Notes: a model not told the origin generated them from the letters alone. Shown: positions 38,762 through 52,869, counted from the first letter of the stretch. The stretch: DNA of 64,000 bases from Octopus sinensis (GCF_006345805.1 NC_043004.1:96844001-96908000); one strand, 5' to 3'. Made by a program: numbers and translations.

Positions 38762-39172
38762 ATATACATGCACACACATGCACACACATTTGCCAAATCC
38801 ACTATATTCAAAAAAGGCATTTGCATCTCACAAGATCACAATGATGGACAGTAGTCAACACGTTCCTTGCAATTGTCTGCAGAGAGATCATGTGGAACCC
38901 AATTTACAATGAGTGATGTTATAGCTCATGTTAAAACCTGTGCCTAGCTTTCAAAATGTAACAGTCAGGCATGCTTTAACAGTGGCTTCCATTGCATTAG
39001 TATCCAACCCCTTTGCATGTCCTTCTCTTGATTTATCCTGCAGGTTGTAGTCCCCGTTTCTGAATTGCAAAAACCATCTTCTGCATGGTTTTTCAGTCAC
39101 TAACTTGTTTTGGAGTGATTCTGTGGCTAGACTTGCACTATTTCCTATTCATAAAGAATAACTTGTTGAATA
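38480..39172 (-). mobile_element. Hammerhead-like element plus degenerate mariner transposase N-terminus (duplicated at about 40200-40793)
   Basis: Minus strand CRRWFLQFRNGDYNLQDKSREG..WVPHDL; hammerhead-like motif at 38578-38612 (G8A). Confidence 0.75.
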
Positions 39173-39762
39173 TGTTCTTTGCTTAGAATGAACATAGTGC
39201 CGATACAACTTCAATCATGTTAAAATTGACAAAATCTGAAAGGAAATAATATATTAATGATTTCGTCGTATTTCAAATAGAATCAAGAAGTTAAGGACCT
39301 TTAAATCTAATTAGATATTTACTAAAAAAAAAAAAAAAAAGAAGCAGAAAGAACTGTTGTTACAACCTCATACTTGAGTTTTATGTTCATGCAAAAAATT
39401 TTAAATTGTTTGAAATAAAACGAAGTTTAATCACTGTATACAATCATTTTGAAGGCAGTTGGGTTTGTCTTCTGAGATACCTTCTCCCATTTTCTTTACA
39501 TCATTTGTGTTGCAAAAAAATGTGTTCAATTTCTTATCTAATATACAATAGAGCTTTTATATACATACTTAATCACACACACACACACACACACACATAC
39601 AGTTTTATCAAAGCTCAAAGTTTGTCTCATGACTTGAACCTCACACAACTGCTATCTCCAAGCAAAGACTGGTCATGTTTATATGTGCGTTATGCATGTA
39701 TATAAGTATGTATGTATATGTGTAAGTGTCCCAGTTGATACTATATATATATGTATATATAT

Positions 39763-40147
39763 GGAGGCGCAATGGCCCAGTGGTTAGGGCAGCGGACTCA
39801 CGGTCATAGGATCGCAGTTTCGATTCCCAGACCGGGTGTTGTGAGTGTTTATTGAGCGAAAACACCTAAAACCTCCACGAGGCTCTGGCAGGGGATGGTG
39901 GTGATCCCTGCTGTACTCTTTCACCACAACTTTCTCTCACTCTTACTTCCTGTTTCTGTTGTACCTGTATTTCAAGGGCCGGCCTTGTCACTCTCTGTGT
40001 CACGCTGAGTATCCCCGAGAACTACGTTAAGGGTGCATGTGTCTGTGGAGTGCTCAGCCACTTACACGTTAATTTCACGAGCAGGTTGTTCCGTTGATTC
40101 GGATCAACCGGAACCCTCATCGTCGTAACCGACGGAGTGCTTCCACC
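39763..40147 (+). mobile_element. tRNA-headed SINE related to family C with a different 3' tail
   Basis: Head TGGCCCAGTGG..GTTTCGATTCC; core GAGCGAAAACACCTAA..CTTTCACCACAACTTTCTCTCACTC shared with the 34837 copy; 3' half unrelated. Confidence 0.85.
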
Positions 40148-40190
<43 letters not shown>

Positions 40191-40199
40191 TATGTATAC

Positions 40200-40372
40200 A
40201 CAACAACGCGAGGATGTGGAACAAATATAGTATTATTGGACGCTGAAGAGAAGGAAAGAAGATGGTTTAACGTTTCGAGCGGAGCTCTTCGTCGGAAACA
40301 TAGGAGAAGGAAAGATCCAGAGAAGGGAAAACAGAGGAAAAAAAATTGCCAACGGTACACACGAGGTCACAT

Positions 40373-40404
<32 letters not shown>

Positions 40405-40793
40405 CATACATACACACACACATGCACACACATTTGCCAAATCCACTATATTCAAAAAAGGCATTTGCATCTCACAAGATCACAATGATGGACAGTAGTC
40501 AACATGTTCCTTACAATTGTCTGCAGAGAGATCATGTGGGACCCAATTTACAATGAGTGATGGTATAGCTCATGTTAAAACCCGTGCCTAGCTTTCAAAA
40601 TGTAACAGTCAGGCATGCTTCAACAGTGGCTTCCATTGCATTAGTATCCAACCCCTTTGCATGTCCTTCTCTTGATTTATCCTGCAGGTTGTAGTCCCCG
40701 TTTCTGAATTGCAAAAACCATCTTCTGCATGGTTTTTCAGTCACTAACTTGTTTTGGAGTGATTCTGTGGCTAGACTTGCACTATTTCCTATT
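40200..40793 (-). repeat. Second copy of the 38500-39172 segment
   Basis: Colinear with scattered substitutions; both end at CTATTTCCTATT; hammerhead-like motif at 40265-40299 retains CCGACGA. Confidence 0.9.
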
Positions 40794-41458
40794 AAGGGAT
40801 AAGCAAATTATACAGAGAATGTCTGGATCTCATCTAGTAACTATATACATGCATACATACATACACACACACACACATACACACATACAAATATAGTTGA
40901 TTTATTTAACTAGAGATGAAATGTTTAATGTTTGAGTAAACTATTTTATTCAAGATTCGTAAGTGACCATGCATGAAAAGATAAAAATCACAACAGTGAT
41001 AAGAAGGAGTAAAGGAAAGAAGTAAATGAGAAAAATAAATAAAATAAATCAGTGATGAAGGAAGATCAAAGAAGAACAAAGTAAGAAATATGAATGTGAG
41101 AGTATTCATTCCTTCGAATTAATCTAAGTAAAAACATTCAGATCATTGTGATAAAAATCTAAATAAGTGGGTCCACAAAATAAATGAAATATTAATGAAA
41201 ACAAACCACAGAACGTCACTCATAAGACAGAAATTGTAAGAGAAGCATGATCTGGTATAATTCACCATATAAACGACATTTAAAAACCTTTATAGCATAA
41301 ACATTCATTCAGCATCTAGAAAAACATTTCCCAAAAAATCACATATGCCACAGGCTCTTAAATATCAAAAATATTTTGTTATTCATCACACAAAGCTTCT
41401 CACAAATCATAGATTCTTCCAAACAAATAAAACTAATAGAACATCCAGTAAATAGCTA

Positions 41459-41844
41459 GGCACAGGAACGGCTGTGTGGTAAGTAGCTTGCTTACCAAGC
41501 ACATGGTTCTGGGTTTGGGCCCACTGTGTGGCACCTTGGGCAAATGTCTTCTACTATAGCCTCGGGCCTACCAAAGCCTTGTGAGTGGATTGTGTAGACA
41601 AAAAACTGAAAGAAGCTCATCGTATATATGTATATGTATATATATGCGTGTGTGCATTTGTTCCCCCAACATCACTTGACAACCAATGCTGGTGCATTTA
41701 TGTCACCATAACTTAGCGGTTCGGTAAAAGGGATGATAGAATAAGTACTAGGCTTACAAAGAATAAGTCCTGGGGTCGATTTGCTCGACTAAAGGCGATG
41801 CTCCAGCATGGCAACAGTCAAATGACTGAAACAAGTAAAAGAGT
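41459..41844 (+). mobile_element. SINE family A, full length
   Basis: Head GGCTGTGTGGTAAGTAGC, core CCTTGGGCAAATG, tail AGTAAAAGAG. Confidence 0.9.
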
Positions 41845-42681
41845 ATAACTTCAATTCAAATAACTGCAACTAGTACAGTAGAAAATGTTATATGTAGGAC
41901 AGTGTTTATTGTGTTAAGGCAAGCACTTTATGTAAACTACATTTCTTATCCTTCCCAACCCTGCAATCTACTGAAATATTCCTCAGGCAATTCTTCTTTT
42001 AAAAACCACTCCTGTACATATTTTCTTATATAATGAAAAACTGTAAAAAGCTTCAAAAGCAGATTAACCAGCAGAAATGCACACTTATTCAATATAATCA
42101 TAAAACACATCTGAATACATATGAAAACTGAAAACTTCCAATATCCTGTATAACATCTTACGAAGGCCTCTCCTATGCTAAAGCAATTCAACACAACAAA
42201 ACTTTGTCTACCTTGTACCACTGAGTCTTATGAAAATTTATTTTAAAAAACTGCTTATTAAACATTATGAACTAATTCTGCCAAACAGGTTCCAATCTTA
42301 CAAAATCGAAAAATACATTATAACCTTAAAATTAACAAACATACAAATTTTCCATTTCTCCCATCAATTCCAACATGATAGTTACTATGTCTACATTTAC
42401 TAGGTTACAAAACCGTGTTCATGTATCTATATAATGCATTTGATCTTTTCTTCATATAGTAAATAACTAGTTTCCATAATTATTAAACATACTATATAAT
42501 ATATTTGTGAGACTATACATATTACTGTATATGTATATTTACATGCATTCCTGCATTACATATGCCTGTAACTGGGTTCATTTATGAAAATATATATTGA
42601 TGCAAATGCTTATATACAGATGGGCAAAATTTCATATATGGCGATATCATATGTATCTATAGCCACATAAATATATATGTG

Positions 42682-42714
<33 letters not shown>

Positions 42715-42734
42715 TAATATATATATAATATATA

Positions 42735-43278
42735 CTAGCAGTATCGCCCGGCGTTGCTCGGGTTGTAAGGGAAATAACTATATAAGCATTTTTAGAGAGT
42801 TATAGCAAAAAATGCATTAAAATGGAAAAATATGATGGTTAATTTTTTTTTAAATCGTGGACTCTAAATTTTTTTTTTAAATCGTAGACTCATGTAGACG
42901 CTTCTTAGCCATTTCTGTTTTGGTGTCTTCAAGCCATGAAGTCGTTGTTCTAAAAGAACGCTGGTCTCCTTGACAACGCATTACGACGTTGATTTCCTTA
43001 CACTCCCTTCCCCACAGGGGCAGGTGTGAGCGTGGACGCCAACTCCGCCGCCATCGACACACGAAAAATATGCATTAAAATGGAATAAAAAAATATGTTA
43101 AATTATTTTAAAATCGTAGACTCATCGTAGACGCGCGCTAATCCTCAGACGGGCTCGATATGAATCACGACTATAAGCTACCCGAATTGGTTAAACTGCA
43201 CCGCAAAATGTGGGAGTAGTTAGGAATCTAAATCGAAGGGGACAGACACTCACACAACTACAGTTTTATATATATAGA
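42735..43278 (-). mobile_element. Non-autonomous Helitron
   Basis: A|CTAG..CCCGGCGTTGCTCGGG..TTTTATATATATAGA|T. Confidence 0.85.
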
Positions 43279-43329
43279 TATACATAGCGCAGTAGTGGGA
43301 GATGTGACAGCAAAGAAAAGCATACATTC

Positions 43330-43890
43330 ACTCTCTGCATGCAATTAGACTCGGAAAGTTCGTGAGGAACCCATTGACCCAATTTGCTGACTTTTCCGAT
43401 AGCACACAAGTCTCAATGAATGGTTGAATGACCAAATCCAAGCTTCTCTGCTAGTTCCTCAACAGTTACGATGAGATTTTGTTCCACCAGGGTTTTCAGG
43501 ATGTCCTTGTCGAGTTCTACAGATCTTTCAGGATGAGGCTCGTCTTCTAGGCTGTAGTTTATGGCTCGGATTTCTGGAACCACCATTGACACTGCCTTAC
43601 GCTTATTGTCCAATCCCCATATACTGCATTAATATTTCTTGTACTTTCCGTTGCGTTGTTGTCTTTATTGAACTCATAAAGCAAAATATGCCAAATATGC
43701 TCTTTTGTTACTTCCAACATAGCTTTGAAAAAAATAGCTGTTAAAATCGAAATGCACTTCAAAACTTGCACTATGAATAAGGAAGATAAAATTACTACCT
43801 GCTTTTATAGCAAGTTAATATAAGTAGTTTATCCCATTCCCCTCTGACTTTTAGTTCAAGCTGTTGAAAAAAACCGCATTATTATATATA
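43330..43890 (-). mobile_element. Mariner transposon 5' portion (HTH through WVPHEL)
   Basis: KEHIWHILLYEFNKDNNATESTRNINAVYG..VRQCQWWFQKF..LEDEP..VEELAEKLGFGHSTIH..QWVPHEL; TIR-like AATAATGCGGTTTTT near 43870-43885. Confidence 0.9.
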
Positions 43891-44176
43891 TTACATACAT
43901 ACATACATACATATACACACACACTCTCTCTTCACACACATGCACACATTTATATTCTGTTATTCTTTTATATGTTTCAGCCTTGAGTTGTGGCCATGCT
44001 GGATCAGTGTGTGTGTGTGTGTGTGTGTGTGTATATCTGTCTGTCTGTCTGTATGTATATATGTATATGTATGTGTGTGAACAATAATATTTTCAACAGA
44101 TGTGTTGCAAATGTATCTGATTGTTCTCAGCTTCAATACTGTGTGTGTGTGTGTGTGTTGTGTGTATATATGTATG

Positions 44177-44208
<32 letters not shown>

Positions 44209-44258
44209 TGTATGTGTGTATGTATGTATGTGTGTGTATGTATGTATGTGTGTGTGTA

Positions 44259-44289
<31 letters not shown>

Positions 44290-45509
44290 ATGTATGTATG
44301 TATGAGTGTATGTTTACTTTATTACTAACACAAGCCACTACGGTTATTTAATGTAAAGTCTTCCTCAAATCACTCTCTCTCGCTATTTACTCTCTTCCAA
44401 GAACATTTTCACTCACTCTTATGTCTTAGCTTCCCATACATTTTACTCATGTATCTATCAGCGTCATAGACAGAAACAAATATGACATCGCCATCGTCAC
44501 CGCATTCTATTGTCTACCTGTCAACACACTGAATTACTTTCACTTTATTCGTAGCCCACTGTGTGTGTGCGTTTGCGTGTGCTGTAAACCAGACTAAGAA
44601 AAGCATTTGACATACACACCAGAATGTGAGTTTTCTGCAAATTTTGCTGAATTGGAGTTTAAATTTTAAAAACTGGACCTGGCATGACCCGATGCATTCT
44701 ACTCTTAAAAATGCTAGGTAAATTATAATTGAAGAAATCCTATTTGTAGATTTCTATAAGATACAAAGGGAGGCAGAAAAAATCTGCCTTTTATAATAAG
44801 AGATATATATATATACACCACTCCCTTTTTTGTCTCCCTTTCTCTTACTCCCCTTACTCCCTCCCGTCGTTGACCCGCGATGAGAACTCTGCTACTGTCT
44901 TTCTGTCCTGACTGCTTCAAGTAGAGACGGTACTTTCTGTTGCTCCTTCGCCCTTCTCAAAAATAGCGTTCGTAAAAATTTTATCTCGTTTGGCTTAACA
45001 GCCCTTCTGTTTGTGTTACTATTATTCTCTTTGTCCTGTCTTTTACTGTTTATATTTTGTACTGTCGTTACTGTCCTGTTTTTGTTACCATTTTTACCCC
45101 TCCGCAAAAAAATCTCAAATTTTATTTAATTTAATTTTCATGGGAAGGATTGTTTCATTAAGTAATGTATCGCCTTGACCTTCGAAACGTGGAGTAGATG
45201 AAACAAAGGCGACTGAAGAAGGGGAATTTTCCTTGTTTTGTATGTCCTGTACTCTATTTTTTCATTGTTTAAGAAAAATGTCCATTCCTTGGTTTTGTGT
45301 TTATGTTTTCGATTCTCATTGAGTTCGACGTTTTTTTGGTGTCCTGTACCATATATGCAGGTATATATACATGTAGAGGTAGGTACGTAATATATATATA
45401 TATTATATATGCATAAGTTTATTTATTTATTAATTATTATATGACGGAATGCACGCATCTATTTCTAAGTAAGATTGTTCTATATATATATAATATATAT
45501 ATATATATA

Positions 45510-46064
45510 CTAGCAGTATCGCCCGGCGTTGCTCGGTTTGTAAGGGAAATAACTATATAAGCATTTTTAGAGAGTTATAGCAAAAATGCTTAAAAATGGA
45601 AAAATATGATGGTAATTTTTTTTTAAATCGGTCGACTCTAAATTTTTTTTTAAATCATTATAGACTTAGTAACTCAGTAGACGCTTTCTTAGCCATTTCT
45701 GTTTTGGTGTCTTCAAGCCATGAAGTCGTTGTTCTAAAAGAACGCTGGTCTCCTTGACAACGCATTACGACGTTGATTTCCTTACACTCCCTTCCCCACG
45801 GGGCAGGTGTGAGCGTGGAGCCAACTCCGCCGCCATCGACACACGAAAAATTATGCATTAAAATGGAATAAAAAATAATGTTAAATTATTTTAAAATCGT
45901 AGACTCATCGTAGACGCGCGCTAATCCTCAGACGGGCTCGATATGAATCACGACTATAAGCTACCCGAATTTGGTTAACTACTCCACAGCAAAATGTGGG
46001 AGTAGTTAGGAATCTAAATCGAAGGGGACAGACACTCACACAACTACAGTTTTATATATATAGA
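45510..46064 (-). mobile_element. Non-autonomous Helitron (duplicate copy)
   Basis: Same termini as 42735-43278. Confidence 0.85.
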
Positions 46065-46109
46065 TATACATAGCGCATAGTGGTGAGATGTGACAGTGGC
46101 AGCAAAGAA

Positions 46110-46680
46110 GCATCACATTCACTCTCTGCTGCAATTAGACTCGGAAAGTTCGTGAGGAACCCATTGACCCAATTTGCTGACTTTTCCGATAGCACAAAAA
46201 GTCTCAATGAATGGTTGAATGACCAAATCCAAGCTTCTCTGCTAGTTCCTCAACAGTTACGATGAGATTTTGTTCCACCAGGGTTTTCAGGATGTCCTTG
46301 TCGAGTTCTACAGATCTTTCAGGATGAGGCTCGTCTTCTACGCTGTAGTTTATGGCTCGGAATTTCTGGAACCACCATTGACACTGCCTTACGCTTATTG
46401 TCCAATCCCCATATACTGCATTAATATTTCTTGTACTTTCCGTTGCGTTGTTGTCTTTATTGAACTCATAAAGCAAAATATGCCAAATATGCTCTTTTGT
46501 TACTTCCAACATAGCTTTGAAAAAAATAGCTGTTAAAATCGAAATGCACTCTTCAAAACTTGCACTATGAATAAGGACAAGATAAAATTACTACCTGCTT
46601 TTATAGCAAGTTAATATAAGTAGTTTATCCCATTCCCCTCTGACTTTTAGTTCAAGCTGTTGAAAAAACCGCATTATTAT
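46110..46680 (-). mobile_element. Mariner transposon 5' portion (duplicate copy)
   Basis: ORF 46204-46512 encodes the mariner HTH region. Confidence 0.9.
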
Positions 46681-48259
46681 AATATATACATACTACATAC
46701 ATACATATACACACACACTCTCTCTCTCACACACATGCACACATTTATATTCTGTTATTCTTTTATATGTTTCAGCCTTGATTGTGGCCATGCTGGATCA
46801 TGTGTGTGTGTGTGTGTGTGTCTATCTGTCTGTCTGTCTGTATGTATATATGTATATGTATGTGTGTGAACAATAATATTTTCAACAGATGTGTTGCAAT
46901 GTATCTGATTGTTCTCAAGCTTCAATACTGTGTGGTGTGGATGTGTTGTGTGTAATGTATGTATGTATAAGATGTATGTATGTATGTATATGGATGTATG
47001 TAGTATGTAGGTATGTAGTATGTGTGGTATGTATGTATGTGTGTGTGTATGTATGTATGTATGTATGTATGTAGTATGTATGAGTGTATGTTTACTTTAT
47101 TACTACACAAGCCACTACGGTTATTTAATGTAAAGTCTTCCTCAAATCACTCTCTCTCGCTATTTACTCTCTTCCAAGAACATTTTCACTCACTCTTATG
47201 TCTTAGCTTCCCATACATTTTACTCATGTATCTATCAGCGTCATAGACAGAAACAAATATGACATCGCCATCGTCACCGCATTCTATTGTCTACCTGTCA
47301 ACACACTGATTACTTTCACTTTATTCGTAGCCCACTGTGTGTGTGCGTTTGCGTGTGCTGTAAACCAGACTAAGAAAAGCATTTGACATACACACCAGAA
47401 TGTGAGTTTTCTGTAAATTTTGCTTAATTGGAGTTTAAATTTTAAAAACTGGACCTGGCATGACCCGATGCATTCTACTCTTAAAAATGCTAGGTAAATT
47501 ATAATTGAAGAAATCCTATATTGTAGATTTCTATAAGATACAAAGGGAGGCAGATAAAATCTGCCTTTTATAATAAGAGATATATATATATACAACCACT
47601 CCCTTTTTTGTCTCCCTTTCTCTTACTCCCCTTACTCCCTCCCGTCGTTGACCCGCGATGAGAACTCTGCTACTGTCTTTCTGTCCTGACTGCCTTCAAG
47701 TAGAGACGGTACTTTCTGTTGCTCCTTCGCCCTTCTCAAAAATAGCGTTCGTAAAAATTTTATCTCGTTTGGCTTAACAGCCCTTCTTGTTTGTGTTACT
47801 ATTATTCTCTTTGTCCTGTCTTTTACTGTTTATATTTTGTACTGTCGTTACTGTCCTGTTTTTGTTACCATTTTTACCCCTCCGCAAAAAAATCTCAAAT
47901 TTTATTTAATTTAATTTTCATGGGAAGGATTGTTTCATTAAAGTAATGTATCGCCTTGACCTTCGAAACGTGGAGTAGATGAAACAAAGGCGACTGAAGA
48001 AGGGGAATTTTCCTTGTTTTGTATGTCCTGTACTCTATTTTTTCATTGTTTAAGAAAAATGTCCATTTCCTTGGTTTTGTGTTTATGTTTTCGATTCTCA
48101 TTGAGTTCGACGTTTTTTTGGTGTCCTGTACCCATATATGCAGGTATATATACATGTAGAGGTAGGTACGTACATATATATATATATATATGCATAAGTT
48201 TATTTATTTATTAATTTATTATATGACGGAATGCACGCATCTATTTCTAAATAAGATTG

Positions 48260-48347
<88 letters not shown>

Positions 48348-48608
48348 TTATATATATTATATATATATATATATATATATCTATAATATATATATATATA
48401 CAGATATATACAGATATATATGCATACATATATATATATACACACACACACACATATATATATATACACACACATACATATATTATTGTGTTTGAAATTA
48501 TGCCATACATGCAGCTCTGTAGTAAAAAAAACTTACCAATACAACATACTTAATGTATGTTTGTAGTTGAAGAGCCAGAGGCTAAGCATGTTATATTCAT
48601 ATATATTC

Positions 48609-48653
<45 letters not shown>

Positions 48654-48723
48654 CACACACACAATTGTATGTTTGAGTATGGGCATATATATTTTTATGT
48701 GTGTTTGCATACACATATGTGTG

Positions 48724-48784
<61 letters not shown>

Positions 48785-49177
48785 ACTATAAACCTGACTG
48801 TATTGTGCATGCCCTTATTTAGTTATGTATACGAGGTTTCCAATTTGCACATACTCATATATACTGGCTGAAAGAAATTTAAGTAATATTACTTAAAATA
48901 CCAGCTTACTATACTGTATATAGTTTAGTTTAAAATGTATCAATATAGATTTACATTAAATTTATTGCACTTATATATGTTAAATAAAAATATATACTGC
49001 ACTTGATAAGACGGGCATACATGCAAGCAGTTATAGCTATGTTCTGCTATGTATTTATATGTACATTTTAGGCTAATTTTAGAGTTGTATACTGAAATTA
49101 TAATTTAATAAATGTTCTTATAACTTATTCCCTATTTTCCATTTCAATGATCATATGTATACACACCATATATAAAA

Positions 49178-49227
<50 letters not shown>

Positions 49228-49934
49228 GCATATATTGCATATATATGTATATATATATTATATTATATATATATGTGTGTGTTATTATATATATATATTA
49301 TATATATATATATAATATATGTATATATATATATATATTATATATATATATATACACATATATACACACACACTATTCCTTTTCAAATGATATTAAATCT
49401 TAATATCGCATAGTTCATTTTATAAAATTACATTTGAAAAATCTTAAACTATATTCCATGCTATTTGTACAAAACCATTATGGCTTATAAACTCCACATA
49501 AATAAACAGCCTAGTGCACTCACACTCATACGTACACACAAGTAAATATATTGACACATCACATATGGCCATTAGAATTTAAATTTTCAAACATACTCAC
49601 ACATCAAACTAAATATCTGGCAATATTAGATTTTATCTCCTTTCATTATCAGGCTGCATACGAATATGAATTCGGACTTCATATTTCCACTGTCCTGGCT
49701 TTGATAAAATTAATACCAGTTCTATACTCTGTGTGAAGGTTGGTGTTAGAATCTTTAAAAAAAAAATCACAGACTCAATATAATGAATTATTTTGTGATA
49801 AAGTTAGAAATGTTAAAATTTCGATGGTGGTAACTTTGTAAGCTGCCTTCCGTTATTCAGCTTGTACTGGTATACAGGGCATTCAGAATAAATTTGATGA
49901 TATTGTACGTGTTTTTTTTGCCTGAAAAGCTGAA

Positions 49935-50450
49935 GTTAAGTTAAGTTAATTTTTTGGCTCAAAATGCAAAATGCAAGGCCATGTAGGGGGACATGAAGTT
50001 ATATACAAGGAGGGTATTCATGCAAAGAGTTCAGGCCATTTCTGGTCAAGAGAGACTTTGAACCGAGCAGTCTTTGGCATCTTCACTATCGCGTCCAGCA
50101 GCTTATTCCACGGATCTGCAACCCGGACGGAGAAAGCCCCTCTCCTTCGATTGAGATGAAATCGTCACAGATAGAACTTTTTGGAGTGACCCCGCAGCTG
50201 ACGCTCTGGAGCAGGAGTGAAGAACAGCTCTTTCGAGAGGTTACACTTTCCGCTTATGATGTTGGGAGCAAGAATGAGATCACCACGGCGTCGTCATTTT
50301 TCTAGAGAATAAAGGTCGAGCATCTTCAGCCTTTCTTCATAAGACAAATGCTTGAGACCAAGAACCATGTGGGTAGCCAGCTTCTGGACTCTTTCGAGAT
50401 GATGTATGTCTTTGAGGAGATGTATTGGTGATCAGTGAATGGCACTAGAG
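49935..50450 (-). mobile_element. 5'-truncated CR1-clade LINE (ORF2 C-terminus, 3' UTR, tandem-repeat tail)
   Basis: SPIHLLKDIHHLERVQKLAT..GLKHLSYEERLKMLDLYSLEK*RRRGDLI..LRGHSKK..FSVRVADPWNKL; (TTAAC)n tail at 49935-49950. Confidence 0.88.
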
Positions 50451-50711
50451 AGCATAAAGATTAAAGCTCTCGTTGAGAAGATGTTAGCTGGTTTATTGGA
50501 TGGAATGCCATCTGATATTCGAACTAATTTACCTGTATCGCGATGATATGCTCCAGGTATCAAAATGCCAATATCTTGTCTGCTGCTCAATGTTCTGTGA
50601 ACACTACAAAGCCTGTAACATTTATCACAGACTGCTGTAATGGAGACTACGACACTGGTCATTGAGAATGGTCAAACCATGACGGGAAATGTATACTCTC
50701 TCTCTCTCTTT

Positions 50712-51031
50712 TTCTCTTTTACTCATTTCAGTCAATTGACTGCGGTCATGCTGGAGCACCGCCTTTAATTTACGGGGACATAAACACACCAGCATCGATT
50801 GTCAAGCAATGCCAGGGGGACAAACAGACACACAAACACACACATATATATATATATACATATATACGACAGGCTTCGTTCAGTTTCCGTCTACCAAATC
50901 CACTCACAAGGCATTGGTCGGCCCAGGGCTATAGCAGAAGACACTAGTCCAAGGTGTCACGCAGTGGGACTGAACCCGGAACCATGTGGTTGGTAAACAA
51001 GCTACCTACCACACAGCCACTCCTGCGCCTA
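50712..51031 (-). mobile_element. SINE family A with internal deletion
   Basis: Head and tail intact; about 80 bp missing after GCACCGCCTTTAAT. Confidence 0.85.
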
Positions 51032-51403
51032 TATATATATATATTTATGTATAAAGATTATTAAAGAATTATTTTGTATCACTGTCATCATATACATTAT
51101 GTTATATGCTTCTATGAGTATACACATAGTTATGTGTATATTGGTTTCAAATCAAATATTAGCAAATGGCCAGCAGTTTGTGGGGAGGGGTACAGTAATT
51201 ACATTTACCCCAGTGCTAAACTGGTACCTATTTTTATCAACCCTGAAATTAAGAAAGTCAAAGTCAACCTTGGCTGAATTTGAACTCAGCATGTAAAGAC
51301 TTGCTTACAGTTCTGCCAGCTCACTACTTTCAGCTGTTCGTATTTTGAAATACTTTAATACATTCTGTATATTTAAATTTGTGTTCACACCTGAGTTATA
51401 CCT

Positions 51404-51641
51404 ATTTCTTCATTACCCACAAGGGGCTAAACACAGAGGGGACAAACAAGGTCAGACATAGGTATTAAGTCGATTACATCGACCCCAGTGCGTAACTGGT
51501 ACTTAATTTATCGACCCCGAAAGGATGAAAGGCAAAGTCGACCTCAGCGGAATTTGAACTCGGAACGTAACGCAGACGAAATACCGCTAAGCATTTCGCC
51601 CGGCATGCTAAAGTTTCTGCCAGCTTGCCGCCTTATATATA
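51404..51641 (-). mobile_element. SINE family B (tail type i) with 15-bp TSD
   Basis: ACCTGAGTTATACCT at 51389-51403 and 51642-51656. Confidence 0.92.
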
Positions 51642-51659
51642 ACCTGAGTTATACCTGAT

Positions 51660-52000
51660 GTGTGCAGTTATTATTTTAATAAAGTTTTATGAAAAACAAC
51701 TGACCATTGACTGAGTAGGAGCCAAATTCTGCTGCCACATATATGGCCTTCCAAAAGCAAACATTTCCCACCCTGGTTTGATGAGTCTCAAGCGGGTTCA
51801 CAGAGCTATCTGAATTGAGCCTAAAACCCCGCTCAAAGATATGAAGTGGGGAACTCTGGCTTCCAGCCACAGACAGAACTTCTACTGTATCCTTTTCGAT
51901 GACCACAGTGTCAGTTATTATTTTAATACAGTTTTTTTAATAACATCTGAACACTGACTGAGTAGGAACTAAATTCTACTGCTACATGTATGACATCCAA
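51660..52000 (-). mobile_element. Highly degenerate maT-like transposase relic with a local direct duplication of about 100 bp
   Basis: SPLHIFERGFRLNSDS resembles PFIFPHSLTLNTEA at 24400-24470; 51660-51755 is repeated at 51908-52003. Confidence 0.5.
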
Positions 52001-52001
52001 A

Positions 52002-52164
52002 AGCAGGAGTGGCTGTGTGGTAAGTAGCTTGTTTACCAACCACATGGTTCCGGGTTCAGTCCCACTGCGTGGCACCTTGGGCAAGTGTCTTCTACTATAG
52101 CCTCAGGCCGACCAAAGCCTTGTGAGTGGATTTGGTAGATGGAAACTGAAAGAAGCCCGTCGTA

Positions 52165-52206
<42 letters not shown>

Positions 52207-52432
52207 TGTGTGTGTTTGTGTGTCTGTGTTTGTACCCCTAGCATTGCTTGACAACCGATGCTGGTGTGTTTATGTCCCCTTTACTTAGTGGTTCAGCAAA
52301 AGAGACCGATAGAATAAGTACTGGGCTTACAAAAGAATAAGTCCCGGGTCGAGTTGCTCGACTAAAGGCGGTGCTCCAGCATGGCCACAGTCAACTGACT
52401 GAAACACGTAAAAGAGTAAAAGAGTAAGAGTA
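52002..52432 (+). mobile_element. SINE family A, full length
   Basis: GCAGGAGTGGCTGTGTGG..GGTTCAGTCCC head through to the AGTAAAAGAG tail. Confidence 0.92.
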
Positions 52433-52675
52433 TATATACATATATATTTATGTCTATACAAATCTATGTATACACACACACACACACTTACACATAAGCA
52501 TATATACATATATGACAACATATATAAATATTTGTGTGTGTGTCTGTGGATGTAAGTATGCTTGTGTATGAAGCTGGGGATTGACTATTGCTATTTGTTC
52601 AATGCATTGGAATGACTCACCATCTACATACATATAAACTGTGCAAAATATATGGCCTATTACTGATGTTAGAAA

Positions 52676-52797
52676 TTATTATTATTATTATTATCATCAT
52701 TATTATTATCATTATTATTACTATTATTATCATTATTATTATTATTATTATCATTATTATTATCATTATTATCATTATTATTATCATTATCATTATT

Positions 52798-52869
<72 letters not shown>

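Larger units (their letters stand above)
42735..48270. repeat. Tandem duplication, about 2775-bp unit, 2 copies
   Basis: CTAGCAGTATCGCCCGG occurs at 42735 and 45510; units are colinear to 45480 and 48262; junction in (TA)n; copies differ mainly by small indels. Confidence 0.92.

Noticed and set aside
39020-39090. Strong splice acceptor ttgatttatcctgcag (duplicated at 40687)
   Set aside because: It lies in the antisense strand of a mariner relic and all frames close quickly.
39763-39840. tRNA gene-like segments (also 34841, 52005, 21265)
   Set aside because: They have A/B boxes but no complete cloverleaf, and continue directly into SINE bodies.
45165-45225. GTA-tcgcct...GAAAC...aggcga-CTGAAGA hammerhead-like pieces (also near 47945-48005)
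   Set aside because: A stem I-like pairing exists, but no GAAA follows stem II in the required order, so a complete ribozyme cannot be drawn.
50558-50665. Cys-containing frame YQNANILSAAQCSVN..DCCNGDYDTGH next to the CR1 fragment
   Set aside because: Weak splice context, short, and adjacent to a LINE truncation point; no family match.
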